From a virus: a stretch of 64,000 bases of DNA. The notes beneath the pieces were generated by a model, which had not been told where the DNA came from, searched no databases, and saw nothing but the letters and a program-made list of their open reading frames with translations. Position 1 is the stretch's first letter, and each line of letters starts with the position of its first letter. A program made the position numbers and the translations under genes. Below, piece by piece: positions 56,334 to 64,000 of this stretch. The stretch lies in the IMG/VR virus record IMGVR_UViG_3300027973_000056, positions 2,621 through 66,620 of that record; one strand, given 5' to 3'.

Positions 56334-56730
56334 AATTTATTTAGATGATGTAAGAACTCCTGTGGATAAAGATTGGATTATCGTAAGAGATTACGAACAA
56401 TTTGTATCTAAAATTCAAGACATTGGATTGGAAAACATTGAGTTAATTTCTTTGGACCATGACTTGGGGGACACTGCAATGTCTGAATGGCATAAAAATG
56501 TTTATCACAACTATACTTTAAATTACGATAACATTTTAGAAAAAACAGGAATGGATTGCACCAAGTGGTTAGTAGAACAATGGTTAGATGGAAAACCTGT
56601 GGTAGATGTGGTAGTTCATTCTGCAAATGCAATTGGAAGTGCTAACATGATGGGATATATTAACAATTATCGACACATAAATAGATTACCTCAAAATTGT
56701 GTTAGAGTGAGAATAGAACATACCGTATAA
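56326..56730 (+). CDS. cyclic-phosphate-processing receiver-domain protein
   Basis: IYLDD.R, ISLDHDLG, TG.D, HSAN..G. Confidence 0.8.
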   Translation: MIKIYLDDVRTPVDKDWIIVRDYEQFVSKIQDIGLENIELISLDHDLGDTAMSEWHKNVYHNYTLNYDNILEKTGMDCTKWLVEQWLDGKPVVDVVVHSANAIGSANMMGYINNYRHINRLPQNCVRVRIEHTV

Positions 56731-56770
56731 TAAAAGGTGGAGAAATCCACCTTTTTTGGTATTTATTAAT

Positions 56771-57424
56771 ATGGGTGCAGAACAAAGTCAATTTTCAAGA
56801 TTACCAAAAAAACAATTAGTATTTATTTCTGAAAAGTTAGTCGACCAAGAATTTCCTATCGGGAACCCTTATGATGGTTTTGAAAGTGCTTATATTACTT
56901 TACAAGAAGTTTCAAGATATTTTAGTATTGAAGCCGTTCAAGAAGATGTTGAATTTTTTGCAAAATTTTTAGAATTAAATGAAAACATCATTGCAGACCT
57001 TTTCGCAAACAACAGGAAACAAATGAATAACAGGCAACTGATTGAACAATTAGAAATACCTGTTGCAAAGAGTTACGATTTACATTTTGAAACAAATGGC
57101 ACCTGTACTTATACTGAATATAAATCTCAAGAATTTGATTGCTACGATAAAGATTGGGTAAGAGATTCCGCATCACAACAAAGAGATGACGGTAATTGGA
57201 ATATGTGGGATAGTAATGATATTCATCCAACAGAATATGAAAATTACGAAGAAAGCGATTATGAGTTTGGTGATGTATCTGAAATTGATGAAACTGAAAT
57301 TAAAACTGAATCTATTTTAGATAGACTTGTAATTGAAAATACATCGGATGTTATTAAATGTTTAGACAAAAAAACTTTAATTAAATTAAAGTCTATTATT
57401 GAATCAAGACTTAGAATTATTTAA
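56771..57424 (+). CDS. hypothetical protein
   Basis: ATG 56771 after TATTTAT. Confidence 0.7.
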   Translation: MGAEQSQFSRLPKKQLVFISEKLVDQEFPIGNPYDGFESAYITLQEVSRYFSIEAVQEDVEFFAKFLELNENIIADLFANNRKQMNNRQLIEQLEIPVAKSYDLHFETNGTCTYTEYKSQEFDCYDKDWVRDSASQQRDDGNWNMWDSNDIHPTEYENYEESDYEFGDVSEIDETEIKTESILDRLVIENTSDVIKCLDKKTLIKLKSIIESRLRII

Positions 57425-57646
57425 TTTAGATTCTTTTCGAGCCTGTTTCGCCAATTCACCCAAAGTGTTCTTTTTCTTATCTAACGGATGAACGTAACCT
57501 CTCTTATATTTCTGTTCAACTTCTACAGGTCCTGCGGTAGTTATTTTTGAATTATATCTCCAAATGGATATACATTCATCATCTTCGTATACAACCTCCC
57601 ATTTGGTAGGTTTTACTGGTATTTTTGAATTAACGGGTATTGCCAT
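57404..57646 (-). CDS. hypothetical protein
   Basis: 80 aa; TACCTTTG promoter upstream. Confidence 0.65.
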   Translation of the reverse strand: MAIPVNSKIPVKPTKWEVVYEDDECISIWRYNSKITTAGPVEVEQKYKRGYVHPLDKKKNTLGELAKQARKESKLNNSKS

Positions 57647-57667
57647 AAAACAAAGGTACGTCTATTT

Positions 57668-58705
57668 TTAATCTTCTCCAAATTCTTCTTGCTCGCCAGA
57701 AGAGTAACAGAACTCATGTTGATTATATTGATTAGGATTACCATGAACATTTAAGAATGTGGTTTGGTCCAATTCTATTGTCTTACATTGTTTTTTGGAT
57801 TTAACCATTTTTTCCCCATCATAAACTCTAATGTTAAAATATTTGGATTCGTTTGAAACACACCAGTTTTCACACATATGTTGTCTCGCATATTTGATAG
57901 TCGTATCATCGCAACCTCCAACATATTTTTTAACTTGTACTGGAACCCAAATACCTTCAGGATTTTTCACTAACATATCAATACCAATCATATCCATAAA
58001 TGAATAATCTCCAGCATATACTACAACATTTTCAGAACCAATCTGCTCTGAAATATATTCATAAAATTTTTCTTCTATTATTGAACCTTCTTTTGTTTTT
58101 TGGGCAATTGTTTGATTAATTTTTTCTCTAATTTCTTTCTTATTATCGAGTTCAATTCTACCCATAAATTCTTCAAATGGTGTTACACCTGTGTTATTTT
58201 TATGGTTAAAAAAATATTCTAAAGCATTTTCAAATGATACACTATTTTTATAATGTTCAGGTAATTCTGAAGTCATCATATATGCCGCCGCAGTATAATT
58301 TGTGTTTAATTTATTTAATAAATCGTATTGTTTTTCTTCATTCCAAATAACATATTGTTCAGTGAACTTAATCATTCTATCAATAATATATTTTCTAAGT
58401 TTTGGACAAGAAGTAACAAACTTATTTAAAGCACTCACGACCATTTCTCTTCTTTCCGAAAAGAACTCATGTTCTTTGTCATATTTAACCGCTCTAATTC
58501 CTGTAGTATAGGTAGACAAATATTCTATAACATAATTGTCCATGGCTTGTTTTACCTTTCTCGTATTCCTCATTAACTTGTTTTCGGCAAATTTACACCA
58601 TCTATAGTCATTGGTATCTTGTGAGAAAAAGTCACACCCAACCATAACTTTTTTAGAATTTTTTTGTTCTATTAAAACTTGTTTTATTTTTGTACGAATA
58701 TCCAT
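57668..58705 (-). CDS. hypothetical protein with PD-(D/E)xK-like motif
   Basis: E...GIDMLV...PVQVK; IKQVLIEQ N-terminus. Confidence 0.55.
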   Translation of the reverse strand: MDIRTKIKQVLIEQKNSKKVMVGCDFFSQDTNDYRWCKFAENKLMRNTRKVKQAMDNYVIEYLSTYTTGIRAVKYDKEHEFFSERREMVVSALNKFVTSCPKLRKYIIDRMIKFTEQYVIWNEEKQYDLLNKLNTNYTAAAYMMTSELPEHYKNSVSFENALEYFFNHKNNTGVTPFEEFMGRIELDNKKEIREKINQTIAQKTKEGSIIEEKFYEYISEQIGSENVVVYAGDYSFMDMIGIDMLVKNPEGIWVPVQVKKYVGGCDDTTIKYARQHMCENWCVSNESKYFNIRVYDGEKMVKSKKQCKTIELDQTTFLNVHGNPNQYNQHEFCYSSGEQEEFGED

Positions 58706-58762
58706 TGTGTATAAATATCTGTAATAAATAAAAACCCCCTCTTTTGGAGGGGGTTAGTTAAT

Positions 58763-59014
58763 TTACTCTTCTGTTGAGTCAGACTTTCCTTTATTAATCC
58801 ATTTGTCGATGGAACCGATTCCAAAAGACCCTAAAACTAACCATAAGAATGCATTAAAAATGAATTCGTTGATTACTAGGTCTTTCCCTAATGAACCTGT
58901 AACAATGTCTGCAATTGCAAACGCTGTCATCATAATAAAAGCTAAAAAGCCTACAACAGATTTCTCGTTGATTGTGTTGTTGTCGTTAAACAACTGTGCA
59001 AAGAATTTTTTCAT
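58763..59014 (-). CDS. two-TM holin-like protein
   Basis: ATG 59014; two TM helices, charged C-terminal tail; late-type motif upstream. Confidence 0.55.
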   Translation of the reverse strand: MKKFFAQLFNDNNTINEKSVVGFLAFIMMTAFAIADIVTGSLGKDLVINEFIFNAFLWLVLGSFGIGSIDKWINKGKSDSTEE

Positions 59015-59056
59015 AATATTTGGTAATTTACTTACCAATAAATATCTAAAACTTTA

Positions 59057-61156
59057 CTAAGATACTACAACATTGATTGATGTTCCTGAAACAAATTGTG
59101 TTGATGCTGCTTGAATCATTTGTGCCGACCTAGTCACCACAAGACGAATTAAACTAGCAGTTCCAACATAATCTGCGGAAGTTCCTGAGTAAATCGCTGT
59201 ACTACTTCCTTGACTTATTGTTATTGTTCCGCCCGAATTATCTAATGTTGAGAATTGTGACGCGTAACTTGTTCCAACTGTATTAATATTATTAAAGCTT
59301 AAGTTTAATGTTCCACCAGTATAGTTTGGATTGTACACTGATTTACCCAAACCATTATAAAATGCTGTTTCACCATTGTTATTTGGCGCTCTTGTTATAG
59401 TTGCACCATTAGCAAAAAAGAAGAACCAACCTCCTCCTGGTGTCGGAGTTGGAGTAGGAGTTCCTGTTGTTGTCACTGTCGGTGTTACCGATGCAGTTCT
59501 TGTTGGTGTTTGAGTATTAGTAGGAGTTAGTGTTGGTGTTGGTGTTGGTAATGAAGCTTCACAATCATCACAATTCGAATAGAAAGTTAGTGGTGAGCCT
59601 GTATCTGTTGGGGTAGCAACAATCTTATTGACGATTCTATAACATCCACTTGGCGTTGCTCCTGTAAATGTCATGTTGAATACATCACCTGGTGCAAATG
59701 CTCCTGGTCCTAAATCAGCGACTAATACATTCAAAGTAGTACATCCTGAAATTGTGTAAGTTGTGGTTGTTCCGTCAATACAATCGGCACAATTAGGATA
59801 GGAAGATATTGGGTTACCACCATCTGTAGGTGTTGCGTTGATTTTATTGATAATTGTGTAACATTCAGTTGCAGTCGCTCCTGTAAAGTCCAAATAGAAT
59901 GTATCACCAGGGAAAAATGCTCCTGGTCCTAAATCAGCGACAATAACATTTGAACTACTACATCCTGAGATGGTGTAAGTGGTAATCGTACTTAAATCAG
60001 TTGAAGTTGGTGTTTGTGTTAATGTTGGTGTAACTGATGGTGTTTGAGTATTTGTTACACTTGGCGTAGGTGTAATTGTATTAGTTGGTGTTTGAGTATT
60101 AGTAGGTGTCGGTGTTGGCGTTACCGCTACTGATGTTTCTGTTGGAGTTGGAGTTGGTGATGGTCCATAACCGTATCTTGATTTAGTTGTGTTATAGATT
60201 CCTAAAATTTCTGCTGATGTTAATCCTCTGTCATAAATTGATACTTCCCCTACATTACCGTTCAAAAACTCATTACCACCAGTTTTTGCAATCTGCAATG
60301 CACTTGTAACAACATTATGTCCGACAGGAGTATCCGAACCAACTGAAGTACCATTAACATATATACTTCTTGTTGTACCATCATAAGTTGCAACAACATT
60401 AAACCAATCTGTCGCTGAAACAGAAGTAACCCCCACTAAATCATTAGCCCACCAATAATTTAACAACACACCAGTTGCCGCTGTTCTAAGTGCGTTTGAT
60501 TGATTTGTAGTACCAAATGACCCAATACTCATAAGTCCACTACCACCCCAATTAGAACCAAGTTGAACCCATATTATAAAAGTATAATTTTCATTTCCTA
60601 TAGGTAGATTGGAACCTGATGGATTATTAAACCAACCGTTTGCTCCTGTTGAAAAATAAACAGGTGATGAATTATTCCAAGCAATACTACCTGAATTTAC
60701 CATTGTGACATCGTTTCCATTACCACTTATATCATACCAAGTGGTTCCTGTACCAGGATAGCTTGATAAATTATTGGCATCCAAATATAAAACAGGTCCA
60801 CCATACGAATTCCAATAACCATTATTTGTTAACCATGTACTAGCCTCTGTTGCAGACGTAAAATTTTGATTAAACTCATTATTTGTTAACTGAAGAAAAG
60901 AAATATCAGTCAAATCTGTTGACTTAAAAAATCCAACTGATGCGGTTACTCCTGAGATTGGTGTTGGTTGAGTATTTCCTGAAACAGGAACGGCAATAAC
61001 ATACCCATCTGATTCTTCGGGTCCCATCCACCAAGTAACTCCTCCTGGTTCTATACTATAATCTTGGTCAGCTATTCCAACCGCCAAACTTCCTACTTGT
61101 GTTGTTCCCGCAATTGGTGACGCACTTGGGTTATACGATAAAGGTGTTGTTGCCAT
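59057..61156 (-). CDS. virion fibre/adhesin-like protein (LamG domain, PT repeats, duplicated Cys module)
   Basis: LYLDA...SYPGTGTTWYDISG, LamG strands, (TP)n linkers, two TTYTISGC..ADLGPGAF.PGD repeats. Confidence 0.75.
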   Translation of the reverse strand: MATTPLSYNPSASPIAGTTQVGSLAVGIADQDYSIEPGGVTWWMGPEESDGYVIAVPVSGNTQPTPISGVTASVGFFKSTDLTDISFLQLTNNEFNQNFTSATEASTWLTNNGYWNSYGGPVLYLDANNLSSYPGTGTTWYDISGNGNDVTMVNSGSIAWNNSSPVYFSTGANGWFNNPSGSNLPIGNENYTFIIWVQLGSNWGGSGLMSIGSFGTTNQSNALRTAATGVLLNYWWANDLVGVTSVSATDWFNVVATYDGTTRSIYVNGTSVGSDTPVGHNVVTSALQIAKTGGNEFLNGNVGEVSIYDRGLTSAEILGIYNTTKSRYGYGPSPTPTPTETSVAVTPTPTPTNTQTPTNTITPTPSVTNTQTPSVTPTLTQTPTSTDLSTITTYTISGCSSSNVIVADLGPGAFFPGDTFYLDFTGATATECYTIINKINATPTDGGNPISSYPNCADCIDGTTTTYTISGCTTLNVLVADLGPGAFAPGDVFNMTFTGATPSGCYRIVNKIVATPTDTGSPLTFYSNCDDCEASLPTPTPTLTPTNTQTPTRTASVTPTVTTTGTPTPTPTPGGGWFFFFANGATITRAPNNNGETAFYNGLGKSVYNPNYTGGTLNLSFNNINTVGTSYASQFSTLDNSGGTITISQGSSTAIYSGTSADYVGTASLIRLVVTRSAQMIQAASTQFVSGTSINVVVS

Positions 61157-61189
61157 TTTTCTTTTTTCTTATAAATAGTTAAATGGCAC

Positions 61190-61491
61190 AAAAAAAGGAG
61201 ACACCGTCGCGTCTCCTTCAAAGTCCCCGTCAGGACTATATGTGTGGTGTTCTTGATTAGGTAGGGAGTACACACCGAGACCCCGTAAAATTGGACATTT
61301 TTTATTTTTCTGAATTGTGAAAAATACCTAAAAAAGACAAGGTGAGTTTAGATTTATCCTGGAAAATCTGAGAGAACCACTCATTAAAAACCGCCCGTGT
61401 TTGATTTAACAATTTTCTAATTTATAACGCGGAGAAGAAATTGTTTGGGTGAGTATGGGGAACCACCACTAAAAAACATTCCGCTGTCCAT
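61190..61491 (-). ncRNA. candidate ~300-nt structured ncRNA
   Basis: No credible ORF; TGGACA/TGTCCA stem; twice GTGGTTC...ACTCACC; terminator AAGGAGAC/GTCTCCTT plus T-tract. Confidence 0.45.
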
Positions 61492-61571
61492 TTTTTATAA
61501 AGATAAGAAAGATTTTAATGCCTTCCAAATCTTTTGATGAAAATTCCGAAAATAAATTTCGGGGACTTCCG

Positions 61572-61661
61572 TGGTTGGGATTGGAGTCGAACCAATGGCA
61601 CATTACTTTTCAGATAATTGCTCTACCGTGAATCTTAAAGGATTCCTGAGCTACCACAACC
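61572..61661 (-). tRNA. atypical tRNA-Phe(GAA) with hairpin insertion in the D-loop
   Basis: Loop CTGAAAA, T-arm ATTGG-TTCGACT-CCAAT, GAATC/GATTC insert, bulged acceptor stem; promoter TATCTTTG near 61686-61693. Confidence 0.65.
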
Positions 61662-61800
61662 ATATATTAAAGAACTTTTGTTTCACAAAGATAAGAAGAA
61701 TTTTTCAAACCATCAAATCTTTTTTTTTCAGAATTTGGATACCGAGTATCTTTCATTACCTATAGGTTCCAAACTCTTTTACAAAGATATAAATAACTTT

Positions 61801-62055
61801 TTACATTGACAACATCCATCCCATTTTATTTTGCTCCTGATATTGGGAATAGGTACACTTACGCATCGACTTATAATCAGGTCTCAACTTTGAGTTCTTT
61901 GGGTACTTCTCCTCATGAGATTTTTGCTCTCTCATAACACGAGCATATGCCTCAGTTTTGCTTGGAGCCCACACGTCATTAAACCCACCGCCAATCCAAT
62001 TAAACAAGTAAAGGTAATCACCATTAACACTTCTGTATAACTTCTCTTTTGCCAT
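61801..62055 (-). CDS. hypothetical protein
   Basis: 84 aa; TACATTTG promoter upstream. Confidence 0.7.
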   Translation of the reverse strand: MAKEKLYRSVNGDYLYLFNWIGGGFNDVWAPSKTEAYARVMREQKSHEEKYPKNSKLRPDYKSMRKCTYSQYQEQNKMGWMLSM

Positions 62056-62230
62056 ATCGTTTATCGTTTTGTGAATACAAATGTAAGAAACTTTTTTTAT
62101 TCTGCCAAACTATTTATTAGAAAATAAGCCTCCTTTAATTAGGGACTTTTAGGACCATTCCAGTTATGGAACAAACTAGAGAACGATTCGCTACCGTTCT
62201 CTTTTTTTTAAAAACTCGTATATTTCTATT

Positions 62231-62518
62231 ATGTTAGACAAGAAACAGAGACTCTTTCGCCTGATTGAAAATTATATCAATGATTTTCAAGGAGAATCTG
62301 TTCAAAAACTATATGGGGAGGGAGCACGAATTAAAGTTCATTCTATGAGTGATAGTTACTCCGAAAAATCTATTCTATTTGAAATCGTAATTATATTAGG
62401 TGATACAATTAATGAATCTGTAATGGATAAGGCTCTTGCAAATGTTTTAATTCAAGACGCTCTTGTATATTTCTTCCCTGACCAAAAAGTTAAAACTTAC
62501 GTTAGATTTGATGTATAA
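62231..62518 (+). CDS. hypothetical protein
   Basis: 95-aa ORF followed by a bidirectional terminator at 62518-62544. Confidence 0.65.
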   Translation: MLDKKQRLFRLIENYINDFQGESVQKLYGEGARIKVHSMSDSYSEKSILFEIVIILGDTINESVMDKALANVLIQDALVYFFPDQKVKTYVRFDV

Positions 62519-62551
62519 AAAAAACCCTCAAAAGAGGGTTTTTATATTTTA

Positions 62552-63826
62552 TTAACTAAACGGGTTAAAACTAAATCCTTTTTTTTCAGGTTGTTGTGGT
62601 ATGAATCTTGGATTTTCTGCCGCCTGTGCAACTGTATTATCACTTACAACCCATACTATCATGTCTTCAGAATTTTTATTCAACATTTGAGTTGCTGGAG
62701 TTGCGATATGAGTACCATGAACGTTATGAATAATTACAGGAACTCCGTTTTTAATCGCCCCAACAAATCCAACGTGACTATTAAATGTGAATGGGTCTTT
62801 ATCTTTAACATTTCCGCTATTATCAAGACCTCTTTTTAACGCTCTTTGACAAAATGCCATACCTTTATTACCTGAATCTTTATGATATAATCCAACTATG
62901 TCACCTAATTTTAATGATGAAATATTTACCTTTGGTGATGATGGGACGTTGTTTGTTACTATTGATGGAACCGCACTACCAATTTGTTTGTCAGCATCTT
63001 CGGATGCTGCGTGTTTTTCACAAACAGATTTACTTACTTTATTTTTTACAAGTTGTGACCATATATTATTCCAATTAATTTCACCACTTGTAAACGCATT
63101 ATATTTTACTGACCCTCCACTTTTAACATTGTTAAAAACATCCCAAGCATTTCCACCATATAATTCACTATCATATTGACTCAAACATTTAACCATATAT
63201 GCAGAACATCTTTTTTCAGATTTGTCACTACTAATTACAACAGGTTTTGTTGAACTAATTTTACTACATTCTTCTTTAGATATTGCAATACATCTTTCAC
63301 TTTCTTTAGTAACTACAGGTTTTTTAGTTATGGGCTCAACTTTTGTTTTTTGAGGTATTGGTTTTTTAGTTATAGGGTCAATTTTAATTGGTTGTGTAGT
63401 AACTGGGTTTTTTCTTGTTCCTTGTTTTCCAACAAATGTAACCCCTTTCATTGGCTCAGCATCTAATAAAGGAGCCGTAACTGTTCCAACCCAACCTGTT
63501 TGTTTAATTCCATTTTTTCTTTGGAAATCTTTGATTGCCATTAATGTACGTCTACCATAATTTCCGTCAACTCCATCTTTATTTGGACCAAAGGTACCTA
63601 AATTATATCCTAATTCTTTCAATTTTGATTGAATTAGTTTCATGTTTTGTTTTTGGTCTGATGGTGCATTTTGATTGAAATTATTAATTTCAACATTAAC
63701 AGTTTCTTGAGAACCGTCTAAATCTTCTGCATCCGACTCAATTTCATTAATCAAAGAACTTTCTTTAAGAACTTTCTTAACAATTTTTTCTAAATCAGAT
63801 TCTGTTAATTTTATAATTTTTTTCAT
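62552..63826 (-). CDS. probable virion protein: PG-binding domain plus Cys/His (CHAP/NlpC-like) amidase domain
   Basis: MKKIIKLTESDL..IVKKVLKE N-terminus; DGNYG..T..AIKDFQ; CSAY..GNAW..GDIV..HVG. Confidence 0.65.
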   Translation of the reverse strand: MKKIIKLTESDLEKIVKKVLKESSLINEIESDAEDLDGSQETVNVEINNFNQNAPSDQKQNMKLIQSKLKELGYNLGTFGPNKDGVDGNYGRRTLMAIKDFQRKNGIKQTGWVGTVTAPLLDAEPMKGVTFVGKQGTRKNPVTTQPIKIDPITKKPIPQKTKVEPITKKPVVTKESERCIAISKEECSKISSTKPVVISSDKSEKRCSAYMVKCLSQYDSELYGGNAWDVFNNVKSGGSVKYNAFTSGEINWNNIWSQLVKNKVSKSVCEKHAASEDADKQIGSAVPSIVTNNVPSSPKVNISSLKLGDIVGLYHKDSGNKGMAFCQRALKRGLDNSGNVKDKDPFTFNSHVGFVGAIKNGVPVIIHNVHGTHIATPATQMLNKNSEDMIVWVVSDNTVAQAAENPRFIPQQPEKKGFSFNPFS

Positions 63827-63888
63827 TTTTCAGTATTATCCAATAAATAGTCGTATATTTGACTTTGTAACTCAAAAAAAAAAACATT

Positions 63889-64000
63889 ATGAAAATATTC
63901 CTATCTCTACTTTTTATTTTTTTCTTGACATCGGCTTCAAAAAACTATATCTATCCATTTTTCAAAATATCCGAAAAAAAAGATAACATTACGATTAATC
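63889..64000 (+). CDS. 5' end of secreted hypothetical protein (partial)
   Basis: MKIFLSLLFIFFLTSAS... open to the window end. Confidence 0.5.
   Translation, partial: MKIFLSLLFIFFLTSASKNYIYPFFKISEKKDNITIN

Noticed and set aside
59440-60165. DNA repeats in the fibre gene as a diversity-generating template/variable pair
   Set aside because: Explained by PT linkers and a duplicated protein module; no reverse transcriptase in the window.
1-64000. Stop-codon reassignment
   Set aside because: Genes are full-length in code 11 at high density, and no suppressor tRNA was found (the TAG and TAA anticodons are Leu, TGA is Ser).

Overview
AT-rich, gene-dense segment of a large (jumbo-type) dsDNA phage, probably infecting a Bacteroidota host (many TTTG-N19-20-TAnnTTTG promoters, a Bacteroidota-style tmRNA resume codon, no Shine-Dalgarno sites seen). 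It carries a tmRNA, 22 canonical tRNAs (21 in minus-strand arrays, 1 on +), several aberrant tRNA-like and other structured RNAs, and RNA-repair enzymes (Rnl1-type ligase, PNK-like kinase, HAD and metallo-phosphoesterases, cyclic-phosphate receiver). It also encodes ClpP, ThyA, PPK2, cell-wall hydrolases, glycan-tailoring enzymes and a CsgG/cohesin envelope operon. Main finding: the two largest tRNA arrays are each preceded by a homologous leader-peptide attenuator whose codons match the tRNAs downstream (T/N/D/P/G leader before tRNA-Pro/Asn/Asp/Gly/Thr; H/V/F/Q/E/C/W/Y/R/M leader before tRNA-Glu/Val/Phe/Cys/Trp/Tyr/Ile2/Gln/Arg/Met/His). This suggests phage tRNAs are switched on when ribosomes sense loss of those host tRNAs. 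Second finding: a hairpin sRNA whose loop is antisense to the start regions of two distant late genes. All calls were made by eye, without database searches.
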